Origin: Camelus dromedarius
Lineage: Eukaryota
DNA length: 64,000 bases
NCBI RefSeq assembly: GCF_036321535.1
Contig: NC_087437.1
Coordinates: 3,224,001 to 3,288,000, forward strand
Direction of reading: 5' to 3'
Program-made: the position numbers and the translations under genes
The notes under the pieces: generated by a model
The model's input: only the letters and a program-made list of their open reading frames with translations
Told to the model about the DNA's origin: nothing
The model's database searches: none
Part shown: positions 14,229-26,739 of the stretch, piece by piece
How positions within the stretch are numbered: position 1 is the first letter of the stretch
Layout: each line of letters starts with the position of its first letter

Positions 14229-14407
14229 CAGAGGTTCTCAAACTTGAACTTGTCAGAGCCACCTGGAGGCTTATTACAACATGCAGTGTGGGCCCCACCC
14301 CCAGAGTGTCTGATTCAGAAGATTTAGTGAGAAGACAGGTAATTTGCTTTTTGACTTCCCAGGTGACGAAGGCACTGCTGGTCAGGGCCACACTTGGCGA
14401 ACCACTC
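14229..14407. mobile_element. MER5A-like hAT-Charlie MITE
   Basis: cagaggttctcaaactt...ggccccacccccagagtgtctgattcag...gaaccact. Related copies near 22790-22935, 40230-40390 and 43300-43450. Confidence 0.75.
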
Positions 14408-15686
14408 CCCCAGAACCCTGGGAGAGGAATGCTAGTGAATCTTGGACCCTGTATCACTAGTTTTAACTAATGTTTGGGGCAATTATCTGGAGACATTAAG
14501 TGGGACAAAGAAAACATCTGGAGAGCAGGGGGAAAAATTGCTTTGTAAAGTTTGCAGTCCTCCAAAGAACCATGTACATGCCTTAGAGTGTCTGTTCTCG
14601 GTGAAGATCTTGATTTCTAAAGTTTGTTTCTCCTTCCACTAAACACAGTTGAACTGACCTGTTATCCAGACTTTGGTTCCCTTCATGCCGCAGGTGAGTG
14701 TTAGGATTACCTCAGCCACAAGGACCCCTGGAGGATTGTAGACCACAAGCTGTCCATGATCAGTGGCCCTTTGGTCTCAGGCTGGAATGGACCCGATCGG
14801 TGGGCACTGCGGGTGTGATGGTGCAGAAAGTGTTATCCTGACGGAAAGTAGAGCCCCCAGAGTGAGATTCCCAAGGCTGGTACTTTGTTGCTTAACATCC
14901 AATATCCTCATGGCAGAAAATGGACAGCCCGAGGAAGTCAAATTCACATATCACAGCAGGCAGCTCATTTTCTTTCTGCTTCTCACATGGAAAGCTTTCC
15001 CTAAGTTTGCAGGATTACTGCCAGTGGAAACCACCTGAGTGATGAATGATGCCTTCAATAAAGACCATCAGCTCAGCTCCCAGCCCTGCTGAGAATTCCT
15101 GGGCAGCAGTCTTCCTCCCGGCTGACAGTTCTGTTCACGGGCAATCGCTGGTGAACCCTCCAAGAAGGATAAAATTAATTCTTGCCTTTTTCTTTGCTGT
15201 CTTTGTCGGGCAAGTAATCTCCTTACTTTCAAATCCTAGGAAAATCCCTCTGCCTTCTCTAGAGTCTCCTTTTGTACCTTTAAAATCTCTTCTTTGGTGC
15301 CTGAGCCTGGCATCGTGAGCCCTGGGGTCTGGATCTGGCACCAGGTGCCCATGTGATCTCAGGCAGCGACCTAGTGACCTCTTCTCCAGAGGGACGGTTT
15401 GTCTGGAGTCATCTCTAAGTTCCTTCCAGTTCTGGTAGTCAGTGATGCTCCTTCATCTCGCTCCTTTCCCTTGTCTCTGAGAGTGAGGGCACCCTTGCCC
15501 CTTGGAGGATGCTCTGTGCCCACCTCGCTCCCCTCCCCAACCCCGCTGGGCTTGTCCAGGGCTTTCATCTAGCCACAGACTGTACGCCCGCCTCTGTGCT
15601 CCCTTCCTCCCAGCAGAGTGTTATACTTAATTTCAAAGAGAGTTTTCAAAAGATACAGTTAGTGGCAATTAAAATGGGCCTGTGTT

Positions 15687-15980
15687 AGACCCAGAAAACA
15701 AATTTATGGTTACCAGGGGAAAAGGGGGTGAGAAAGGATAAGTTGGGAGTTCCAGAACTGCAGGCACTAACTACTATATATAAAATAGATAAACAACAAG
15801 GTTCTACTATATAGCACAGGGAACTACATTCAATATCTTGCAATAACCTGTAATGAAAAAGAATAGGAAAAGGAATGTATGTATGTATATGTATGACTGA
15901 AACATGATGCTGTACACCAGAAATTGACATGTTGTAACTGACTATACTTTAATAAAAAAGAATGCAAAAAATAAAATAAA
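15687..15980 (+). mobile_element. 5'-truncated L1 3'UTR with diverged TSD
   Basis: L1 3'UTR ending actatactttaataaaaaag. Flanks aaaatgggcctgtgtt and aaagtaggcttatgtt differ only by transitions. Confidence 0.88.
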
Positions 15981-18904
15981 GTAGGCTTATGTTTACAAGC
16001 CCTGTTCCATATACATTCACAGGACCTGAAGCTGGGTGAGAAGTTTCGAGTACTGACATGTCACTGCAAAAAAGCAGCTCTCGGTGTCTGTCCTGGTCCC
16101 ACCTCTTTCAGGCAGGCTGGCCCACCCCAGCAGGGTGCCCTGGGCCTGTCTGCCCGTTCAGGGAGCCATCGGAGCCAGCCAGGTTGAAGGCAGCTTCTGG
16201 GACCTCTGCCCGACCTCCCATTTTTGCCTGTGGCCAACCAGCCTTCATGCCAGCCCCTCTTTCACCAACTCAGCACTACGGGCTATAAAAACCCACCCTG
16301 AGCCAGTCCTCGGGGTGTCTGCCCATTCTCTCGCCACCATCGGGTCCTTGCATTTCTCTGCAGCCATTCCTGTTGTACCTTCTCAATTATCAGTGTCCTG
16401 AGTGCTTAAACAAAACTGCCCTGGGCTTATCTCAGCCCTGAGGCATGAGACACCGCAGCCCCATGACCCAAATCATCCACCAGCCAAGTAGCCAAATGGC
16501 TGAAGTCCAACCCAAAAGTCACTTCATCAACTAATCCAGTAGCCCCAAGATGAATTCTCCACCCAGTATTCTTATTTACCAAAAATAAGTTTTTTGAAAT
16601 ATATTTATAAATTTTACAACCACTATTTTAAAACTTGAGACAACTTCTGCATTTTTTTTTTTTTAGTTTGGCCGCTTATGAGATTTAGTTACTGAGTTAT
16701 GGTTATCATAAATTGGTACTTTTCTGAGCCTCAAATGTAGCCGTAGGAAGAGTAAGCTCTTCTTTGTCTTCTGTCTCGAAGGTGGGAAAGATGTTACTAG
16801 CTCTTAAAGTCCTCACTTCTTCATAGGCCAAAGGACCAGGAGGATGTATTTTTAAATGACAACCTTGATGATGATTAGACTGTGGGAGTATGGGTGATTT
16901 TTAGCATCACCTCCATGTGTTTCTGTGTTTTCTAAAAGGAATGTTTATCACCTCTATAGTCAGGAAAGAAATACAGTAACGGTTTGTAAAAAACATAATT
17001 TTTAATGAGTTTCTGTGAATGTTTTAATGACTTGGTGCATGCCTGCATCCTGACTTGAAAGAACTCAAATTCACGTTGAAGAATCTGACACCCAGTATTG
17101 TATTGGTCTTAAATTTTGAAGAACTTTAAAACGTGTAACGACCATCTAATTTGGGGAATAATTGGGGTATCTGCTGAGGCTGTGCTTTCTGTTAGGTGTT
17201 TGAGAAAGCACCTTGCAGATGCTGCAGGTGGAGCCTTGCCTCCCCCAACTCCCCCCAGGGAGGCGGGTTTGCTTGGGTACTAGGATTCTGACCTTTTGTA
17301 ATACTGCTTTTGATTACAGAAGAGACCCTGGAGGGCTCGGAGCACGAATAACCAATAAGTCAGGGAAACTTCTCTGGAACTGCCGAGAGGGTCTGAGAGT
17401 CCCCCAAAGCCCAGATTCTCCAGTTCAAGCCTAATTTGAGAAAGAGAATGTTTTTATTTTGAATTAAGCTAATAAAGTTTTAGGGGAAAAAAAAAATAAC
17501 TGCCTGGGTCACACAATCATTCCCAGGAGTCTTGGCTTCAGATTCAAGGGCAAAATGAGCTGAGTATTAATTCATTAACTGTTGTGGACAGAATGCGAGC
17601 CCTGTGGCTCCTCTGTCCACCAGGGCATGTAGGAGAGGCCCAAGGGGGCTGATTGCAGGGCTTCTGCCCTTCCTGGTGTCTGCCTGCCAGGAGGCCGAGG
17701 TCTGCACACAACCCCAAGCCAGTTAGCAAAAACGAAAGAGTGCAAGTCCTTCAAACCTCTCTCTCCCCAGTGAGACTTCCACCAGGAAAACTATTACAGG
17801 AAACTTGCAGGCAGGATCCCAGTGGAATCAGAAAAGCTTGAAATGGGGAAGAAGACAAAATCTTTGCTGAGTTCAGCCAGACCGGGGCAGGAGTCAGTCC
17901 TCTGGTGCTACCGGCCTCTACTTAAATACTTCCCAGGACGAGGAGCTCATCCTTGCATGTGAGATGTCCTGATCAAGACAGAGTAACATGAACTCCGTTT
18001 GCCTCCAGCCACCCTGCTTTACACCCCTTGTCATGGTTCAGTTACAAGTGTCCCTATTGGGACAGTATATTTTACAGTCCCTTGGTGATAGTAAATCATG
18101 TTTATAGCTAACATTTCCCAAGTGCTGATCATGTACCAGGCATTCGTGGGCTCAGTGCCATCCTCATCCTCATCTTCATCACCAGACCAGGCTCCACGAC
18201 TCCCACATGCCAGAGCAGCAGCGGGCATTTGGATTCAACTTCAGAGCACGAAGCTCTTCCTCCCTTGCCCCTAAGCTGCACTCCCTTTGGGCTTCCGTTT
18301 CATAGAGTTAATAAGAGAAAGATCTGTATCCCTTTACAAATCTCCCAGTTCCCCGCCCCCTGCCCCTGACTTTCCCCTAAGTGCTCAGTTGAAGGGAGGA
18401 GAATGATGTTTGGGGGCCTTGCTGTGTCCCAGGTACTGTGTTACCTGAGGCCAGTATCTGGGCCTACTTAATAGGCCAGGAGCTTGGCTCTGAGGGCTCA
18501 CCTAATTCATCTGCAGCCATGCTGACAGCAAGTGGTGGGGCTAAAATTCAAGCTAAATTGACCTGATTTCAATACCTGCTCTCCCATGAAACCACGTTGC
18601 CCACTGGCTGCATTCAGTTTCTACAACCCTTTGCAGATGAGAAAAACTCCGATGCTGTCACTGCAAACTGCTCCCAGAGCTCAACATGGAAGTGACCTTT
18701 TCCATGAGTTGATAAGTTGACTCCTGGGTCTTTCTCAGGAAGGCCTGTGACAGCCACAGGGTGGTCTGAGCAACTTACAGAATTCAGGCCTCGTTCTTCC
18801 TTGGACATGGACCTACTACTTGTGGGCCAGTTAAGGATAATAATCCAATAAAGTAACTAATAATATAGTCACTCACTTATTCATCCTATCAGTGAATAAC
18901 ACAC

Positions 18905-19895
18905 TTAATGATGGCCATTCTGACTGGTATGCGGTGATGCCTTATTGTAGTTTTTAATTTTTAATTTGTTTTTGGTTGAAGTATAGTCGATTTACAATGT
19001 TATGTTAATTTCTGGTGTACAGCATAGATTTTAGCTGTGTGTATGTGTCTTCCTTTTCATATTCTTTTTCGTTAGAGGTATTGAATATAGTTTAGTTCCC
19101 TGTGCTCTACAGTAGGTCCTTGTTGTTTATCTATCCTCACTGGAGTTTTGATTTTTATTTTTCTAATGATTAGCGACATTGAGCATCTTTTCACGTGCCT
19201 ATTGGCCATTTGTATGCCTTCCTTGGAGAAATGCGTATTTAGGTCTTCTGCCCATTTTTGGATTGGGTTGTTTGTGTTTTTGTTATTGAGCTGCATGAAC
19301 TGTTTGCGTAGTCTGGAAGTTAAGCCCTTATTTGTTGGATCGTTTGCAAATATTTTCTCCCAGTCCCTAGATTGTCTTTTCATTTTACTTATGGTTTCCT
19401 TTGCTGTGCAAAAGCTAGTAAGTTTGATTATGTCCCATTTGTTTACTTTTGCTTTTTTTTATTGAGTTATAGTCAGTTTACAACATTGTGTCAGTTTCCA
19501 GTGTAGAGCACAATTTTTCAGTCATACATGACCATACATACGTTCATTGTCACATACTTTTTCACCGTGAGCTACCACAAGATCTTGTATATATTTTATT
19601 TCTGTTGCCTTGGGAGACTTACCTAGGAAAAGTTCAGTACGATTTATGTCAGAGTATGTTTTGCTCATGTTTTCTTCTAGGAGGTTTATCGTGTCTTGTC
19701 TTATAATTAAGTCTTTCAGCCACTTTGAGTTCATTTTTGTGTGTGGTGTGAGGGAGTGTTCTGACTTCATGATTTACATGCAGCTGTCCAGCTTTCCCTA
19801 CACCATTTGCTGAAGAGATTGTCTTTTCTCCATTGTATATTCTTGCCTCTTTTGTTGAAGATTAATTGACTGTAGGTGTGTGGGTTTATTGCTGG
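18905..19895 (-). mobile_element. L1 ORF2 fragment carrying two nested L1 3'-end insertions
   Basis: Minus-strand ORFs [24 protein letters not shown] and [17 protein letters not shown], interrupted at about 18955-19134 and 19453-19594 by L1 3'-terminal sequence. Confidence 0.9.
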
Positions 19896-19919
19896 ACAAT
19901 ACAGTTCTTTTTAAAATAA

Positions 19920-20270
19920 CCGGTTGGTCACTTCTACATGCTTTTTGTTACTTGCTTTTTTCGCATAAAAATATTTCAGGAACACCTTTCCGTGTTAGTG
20001 CTCGTACGTCTACATCGTCTGTTTTGAGGGCTACACGGTATTCCATGACAGCAGGAATCACGTAAGGTGTCCCCTTCTGTGGACATGAAGGCTGTTTCCG
20101 GTTTTCCGCAATTACAGACAACACTTTAAGCGTCATAGTATACATATCTTCATGCTCTCAGATACTGATTTTTTTAGAATATGTTAGTAACAGTGGAATA
20201 TTTGGGCACCCATTTTAAGGTTCTTCATACCCGTTGCCAGGTATCCATGTAAAAACATCGTAGCAACTTC
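19920..20270 (-). mobile_element. Old L1M 3' region
   Basis: ctacacggtattccat...ggacatgaaggctgtttccggtttt...agtggaatatttggg pattern of an antisense old L1 3' end. Confidence 0.55.
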
Positions 20271-21427
20271 CCCTGCCCTGCACACAGGTACCCTCTTTCC
20301 TGCATCCTCAGTAACTCCTCCCACTTTCACTCTTGTTCCTGTTGAAGCTCCCATCAGCACACAGAAAAGTAGGCAGCCCCTGCCCTGGACTGGATGCCCC
20401 CACAGAGCATGGCCCCAGCCTGAGTGGGGAGGATGCAGCCCGGTGACCCCTCAGCTCCCATGGGAGGGAGGAGGCAGGCCCCCCTGGGTGTGTTCAGAGG
20501 CTACAGGTGTATACCTGTATACCCCCCATCAGCTCTTGGCCTTCCATTCATCCTCCCCATGTTGGAGATTCCAGGCTCAGGCCTCTCCTCTGTGCCCCAG
20601 ACTCGTGTGCCTACAGTGTCTAGATTCTGACGCCACTGGGATGACTCTCAGATGCAACAGCCCTGAACCAAGCCCACCATGTCCCCATCCACCCCTCCAG
20701 CTGCCCCACCCGTCCTTGCCCTGTTCAGGGAATGACACTCCCGTCCTCCCAGAAGCAGAGGCCCCCAAACCTGGGAGCGCCTCCTGCCTCTTCGCTCACT
20801 CTGCCCACAGCCCATCCATCGGTCACTGACAAAGCCCTGTCAATTCAGTGTCTCAGATACCTTTACCATCCACCTCTCTCCCCTCCACTGTCAGGCCACA
20901 GCCCAAGCCCATCGGCGGTTGTTATCATCTCTGTGTGGGGATGGATGAGGGAGGGAGAAGAGGGAGGAGCATTTCCTGAGCATCCAGATGTGCCTGATGC
21001 TGGGATTGTGTTGGTGCTCATTACGTGCATGAGAAACAGTGGGCTGAATGGTAACGTCACCCTTTCGCAGAAGAGGAAACAGAAGCTTGGAGAGGTTAGC
21101 CTGCCTGGTCCCACACCAGGCTCAGCGTTTGGAGCCTCACGTGTGAACCTTACTCTACATTTGATAGAAGCAGTGAAGCTGGGGGAGCAGTTGTGTGGCC
21201 CCTGCAGCAGTCTGAGGGAGAGGTCAGCTCCCCTCAGGCGAGGGGCAAACCACGTGAACCCTTGCACGCACCTGGGAGGGTTAGCACGGGGCCTGGACCA
21301 GTCCTGCCTACCTCATCTCCACGAGGCGGTGGAGAGGGAGTGGATTCTGGAGCTGGGCTGCCTGGCTTCACATCCCAGCTCTGCTGCTTCCCGGCCATGG
21401 CACCTTGAGCAAGTCACCTGGCCTCTC

Positions 21428-21840
21428 TGTCGTGGGCCAGATGGTGGCCCCCAAAAGGTGTGTCTGTATCCAAAGCCCCATAATCCATGAACGTGACCTT
21501 ATTTGGACAGGTCTGTGCAGATCTAATTAAGTAAAGGCTTGCAGGATGAAGAGCTCAGGTGGAATGAATCCAGTGACAGGTGTCCTTATTAAAGAACCAC
21601 CGAGGAGAGACGCAGACAGGAGGGCGAGACGGTGGCGTGAAGAGGGTGGGTGAAGCAGGCGCCTGGTGCTGGAAGGAACAAGCTATCGGAATCGCCCTGA
21701 GGGACTCTGGAGTGACCGCGGCCCTGCAGACACCGTGACTGCAGACTGTGCCCCCCAGAACCAGGAGAGAGCACGGTTCTGTTATGTCATGCCACTGAGC
21801 TGGTGGTAATTGGTTGTGGCAGACCCAGCTGGCCAGTATA
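21428..21840 (+). mobile_element. MaLR MLT1 (B/C-like) solo LTR inserted in a MIR, 5-bp TSD CTCTC
   Basis: Starts tgtcgtgggccagatggtggcccccaaaa, contains gtgaccttatttgga and ggccctgcagacacc, ends ggtggtaattggttgtggcag...tata. ctctc at 21423-21427 and 21841-21845; MIR halves on both sides. Confidence 0.85.
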
Positions 21841-23364
21841 CTCTCTGTCCCTCGTTTCCTCGTCCTTCATGGGGCTGGCATGGGACTTAAGTAAATCAGC
21901 TCGCGAAAGGCACTTGGGCGCAGTAGCCGGCACGTAACAAGAGGTCTTGCTGTCGTGTTATGACTCTCTGATTGTTGCGTGACCTTGCTTACCTTCGAGC
22001 CCCTGGCCTCCTCCCCTGTTAACGGTAGCATGGATACTTAGTCCAACAACCTCGAAGTTGGAGTTTGCTTCCTTCACTTAAAAATGGTCAAGGGATTTCC
22101 TCAGTCCTCCTCTGCCCTGCGGACTGCTCGTATTTGGTCGCCAGCCTCACGGAAGACAGGTCACAGCCCCCCAGGCGGTGGTTGAAAAGCTGCCCTGCGC
22201 CCTTGACCTGGCGCAAGGCCCTGCCTGGGCACTGGCCGCTGGGAGAGGCTGCTCTTTCCCTTTCTCTGACCGGTCCGAGGTGCCGGCTCGGGGTGGGGCG
22301 GCGGCCCCTGGGCCAGGTCCTTTGTGACGATGAGGCCAAGATGTGTAATTAATATGCAGGCAGCCCTGAAATCCCTCTCCCTCCCCTCCATCCCTTGCTA
22401 ATGAAGTCAGGGAAAAGGGGAAAGCCTGTAATTACACTGGAAGTAATTAGAACCCTGTTTAATAGAAAGCATAAGACAGGAGGCCTAGGCCAGGAGATCT
22501 TCCATCACTCCCTTCTCGCTGAATCCTTCTCCTGAGGCCGGTCCCTCTGCAGGTCGGAGACCACTGGGGAGCCCAGGGCTGTGCTGAGTTTACATTGAAC
22601 AAATGTACACACATGTGTCCTCTCCCCCAAATGACGGAGAAAGCGCCAGCCTTGTGCCTTTCTTGGCTCCTAAACTTTACCTTTAGTAACTCTAAATCGG
22701 CAGAACAGATTCATTTTGAAGCCCTTTTGTAGAATTCCTCCACTCTGATCTTATTGTACTGAAATTGTCTGCGTGCAGTCCTCCCTTTCTCAGCTCTGTG
22801 CTTCTCACTTTTCATGTATGTGCAGATCACCTGGGGATCTCATTAAAATGCAAATTCTGAGTCAGTGCGTCTGGGGTGGGCCCTGAGAGCCTGCATTTCT
22901 GGCAAGTTCCCAGGCCCTGTTACAGATGCTGGAGGGAGCCAGGTGGGACGCGCGGGAAGGGGGGCAATGTGAGGGATGGAGGGACAGCCCTCCCTGCCCA
23001 GAGGACTTCAGCCCCTCCTACCACAGCAGCCATCCCACACTGGTAACTGGAGCTTAAAATGTGAATAAGGTTTGCTGCCTGGGGGAGAGTGTGGGATCAT
23101 CCTAGGCAGAGGGACAGTATAAGAAAAAGCATAGCTCTTAAAGGCTTTTTTCATGCTCTTTAAAACAGTTGTCAAGCTTCCCTTTATTGGTAGTGTGCAC
23201 AGGAAGCCACAGGCCTCAGGTATCACTGTGTGCTCAGATAGGACTGTGAGTCCTTTGGGTCAGTGGTGGGAGGAAGGCAGGCAGGAGAGGGAGGGAGAGT
23301 GTCAGGGCCAGGGTCTCCATGAGCAGGTCTGACTTCTGCCAATGCCAGCTGTCAGAAGCCCTTC

Positions 23365-23911
23365 TGTTACCCCATAAGGAAGGAAAAGACCTCAGTTCTT
23401 GTCTTACCCGAAAGATAAGATTGCAGTCAGAGGGACAGTGCACTGGGTTCTGAAAGACTTTAAAGGATTTATTTAGGAAAGGAAAAGCACCCCTCCAAGA
23501 ACAGGAGGCGGGCTGATCCAGGGGCGGAGAGCAGTGGTCTCTGCCCCCTTCTTTTACAGCCTCGCTTAGAGGTGGTCTCTTGGTTGACTGACGACTCTTG
23601 TCCCTGGAGTGCTTAGTCATGTTTGGCCCCTTTGCGCGTGTCCTTACCCGTGATGCACACAGAAACACCCATGGAGGGGCCTAAACCGACGTATTAATTA
23701 CGTTACAATGAGCGCTGGGTCCTGTCCTGTTAGGTCCTTCTCACTTCCGCACAGTTGCAGTGGTTGGGTTCTAACTGGGCTCTTGCTGGTGCTCCTTTAG
23801 AGGATGTAAAGCCCCTCTATGCTGAAGGCAGGCACACTGCCATCTTCCGGACCCTCCTCCCTCTCCTCCACCTTATCTGCTCTGTGCCCCCACTTATCTG
23901 ACTCCCTAACA
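23365..23911 (-). mobile_element. ERV (class I-like) solo LTR, 547 bp, 4-bp TSD CTTC
   Basis: Termini TGTTA...TAACA; cttc at 23361-23364 and 23912-23915. TTTATT at 23468-23473 gives AATAAA on the minus strand. Confidence 0.88.
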
Positions 23912-24426
23912 CTTCCAGCTCTGCAGGAGTAAGATCCAGGGGGACCTGGGCCAGTCCCCCTGTTGCACAGCAAGCCCTTGGAACCGTGGTCGTCCCACAG
24001 TGGTGGGAGCAGAACCCTAGGAATGCCCTTCGACCCCCCCGGTTCTGGGGCTGGAAGAGCAAGAAATGCTCCTTCCATGGCTGTGCTCAGGGTGATTCAC
24101 AGCTAAAGCTCTGCTGAGGTCCTGCAGTGAAGATGTCAGTTTTTTCCCATCCTGTGATCTCTAGGCTTTTGCACACAAAGACTTCTTTTATACAATATTT
24201 ACTTGCCTTTCAAGGAATGAAAGTTCTCTGATCACACTTCGGGCATCATCAGTGCTGGCTAACAGAAGTGCGACTGTCAGGTATTGTAAAGGTGTGTTTC
24301 ACCTGTTCACCACTATGGCCTCATATCAGTGCCAGGCACAGAGAAGAGGTTCACTAAATGTTTGTTGTTGCGCTAGAGTTTAGAGCGATTTCAAAAAATA
24401 ATCAGAAGATATTTTCAGTAAAAGAT

Positions 24427-25080
24427 TGTTAGAGCAGGCAGATGGCTAGATATGAGCAGAGAAAGGGGGATGCAGGCCAAATGACAGGATTTGGGCAGAA
24501 AGGGTGGGGCACAGACCAGCTGGCAGGAAGCCATACATCTTGTGAATATCGGGGGTCCCTGGGCAAAGAAAAGCAGGAATTTCCGACTGATAGGAAATTA
24601 CACATTTTAGGGTGACGAATGGCCTGGAAGCAGGCAAAGAAAGGTGGGAAAAGGCCAGAATCTCCAGTGTCCAAATGTAACCTTTTGCTCTTTATGCCCT
24701 CATTACCATAACGTTAGCCTTGCAGATGAGAAGTACTCATCATGCATTGGTGCCAAGACATTTCCCATCCAGACTAAATAAGGACAAAAATCCCTCCTCA
24801 TTTTGGGAAGGTGGAGCTGAGCTGAAAATCAGGGAATATGATCTCAAACACCTCCTTCCCCAGTGAATATTCCACCCATTCATTTTTACACCTTGTGTAA
24901 CCAGCCTGTCAAAGAAACTCGGGGCAGCCGCTCACCTGAGCCTGCCCGCCCTCCCCTTGGGAGTGTGCTATCCATCCCTTAGTAAGTCCTCGCTTTACTT
25001 TCTTGACTTCCATGTATTGGCTCTGAATTCTTTCTGGAACGGGACAAAGACCTGGGCACTGGTTACGTCCACCGGCAACA
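24427..25080 (+). mobile_element. ERV (class I-like) solo LTR, 654 bp, 4-bp TSD AGAT
   Basis: Termini TGTT...AACA; agat at 24423-24426 and 25081-25084. Degenerate TATA (tgtgtaa, about 24894) and poly(A) position (agtaag, 24981), followed by a pyrimidine-rich U5-like stretch. Confidence 0.88.
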
Positions 25081-26430
25081 AGATCTCATGACGACTGTCT
25101 AGTCCCCAAACTGACTGTTTTGAAAGACTTTGTAAGCAAGTTCAGCTGAACATACACTTGTTGAAATATGGGCCAAAGTGTGTTTTATTCTGGCTTTGTT
25201 CCCATTCATTTAAATGGAACAATGGACTTTCCTGGAAAATGTGGTTCCCTGCTGTTCAAACACGGTCCATTCAGGGGGAAGTCGCACGTTCTCCCCAGAT
25301 TCATGTGTGAGTGCAGATCAAGGACTTAAGGGTACTCATGTCCCTCTGGTCCGACTTTGCTAAAAGAGTGATTCCTCCCCTGCATCCACCCTTCTGTTGG
25401 AAGATGACCCCACTATAGGGTGAGAAGGATACAGTTAGAGGACTTTCACCCAGAGCCATCAGAGCTGCCTGTTTGTTGGCCTCAGATGTCAGCTGGGACC
25501 AGGGTGGGTCCTTGTCACTCTAACTCCCTCCTCCGACGATACCCAGGGCCTTTTTGAGCCTAGTGCAGTTGCTTCCGCTGCATCAAAGCGTGATGAGAGG
25601 TGGGATTGCATCAGTGGGCTTTGCTCTGTCCATCAGCGCTGCAGCTGGTGTCCTCCTGTCCCCGCCCACTGTTCTCGGCATGGCAGGGCCGATAGCCAGT
25701 CTCTGTCATCATTATTACAGTGACAGGTGGACACCCTAATTATTACTCATTCTTCGGGGCTGACTGGAAGCATGGGGCTGTCAAATAAGTTCGTTTGCAT
25801 GCCTGCTTCATTAACCACTTGTCTCCTCAAATGCCCGTTTCTTGGGAAGGAATGTTTCCCGAGAAATTGCTTATCTTCTGAGCTTTGTAAAAAGCAGAGG
25901 TGGTACATGGTAGCGTTCTCTTCAGACCCTCCAAATGGAAATGTTGGCATTTCTAAATAAGTCAGCAGTGAGGAGAGAGCTGTGACCATCCAGGTTCCCA
26001 TGGGTTGAGTCCCCCTTGGTCTTCCTTGAAGAAAGAGAATGTGGGTCTTGGAAGACACAGTCTGTAAAGATGGTCTCCCTACACCTAGTAACCCAAGGCA
26101 TAGGTCACCCCAGTGCTGAGAGGGTTTGGGGGTCACTCAGAGCAATGGAAATAGGTGACCAGTGTGGATGAAACGCAATGACATTGGGCAAAAGTATTTC
26201 TGAGACCAGATTGATTTGGGAAACAGGGCATAAGGTTGCCTTTCTTTAGTCAGATGTCGGCCTGGCTACTGCTTCTCGGGATCTTGTTTTGTCGTTTATT
26301 CACGTTTTCCCAACGCCGTTGCTGAAAAACCCCTAGAGAGAAACCACAGAGTCTTCCTAATGTCCTTTTGCTGTTTGTCTTCTGTGTTTCTGTGTTTTGG
26401 TTCATCCCAAGTTAAAAAATAACATCTACA

Positions 26431-26739
26431 AATGAACTTATTTACAAAACAGAAACAGGCTCACAGACATAGAAAACAAACTTATGGTTATCAGGGAGGA
26501 AAGGGGTTAGGAAGGGATAAATCGGGAGTTTGGGATTCACAGATACAAACTACTATACATAAAATAGATAAACAACAAGTTTCTACTGTACAGCACAGGG
26601 AACTACTTTCAGTATCTTGTAGTAACCTATAATGAAAAAGAATATGAAAGGAATATATGTATATGTACGTATGAGTGAAACATTATGCTGTACACAAGAA
26701 ATTGACACAACACTGTAAACTGACTATGCTTTAATTTTA
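26431..26739 (+). mobile_element. 5'-truncated L1 3'UTR with 17-bp TSD
   Basis: aaaaaataacatctaca (26414-26430) versus aaaaaataatctctaca (26740-26756) flank an L1 3'UTR. Confidence 0.92.

Noticed and set aside
20732..21490. Longest ORF (252 aa)
   Set aside because: No recognisable domain; runs through L2/MIR/MLT1-derived GC-rich sequence where stop-free frames occur by chance.
23365..25080. A single provirus bounded by two LTRs
   Set aside because: The LTRs differ in sequence, have opposite inferred orientations and each has its own TSD; the spacer has no gag/pol similarity.
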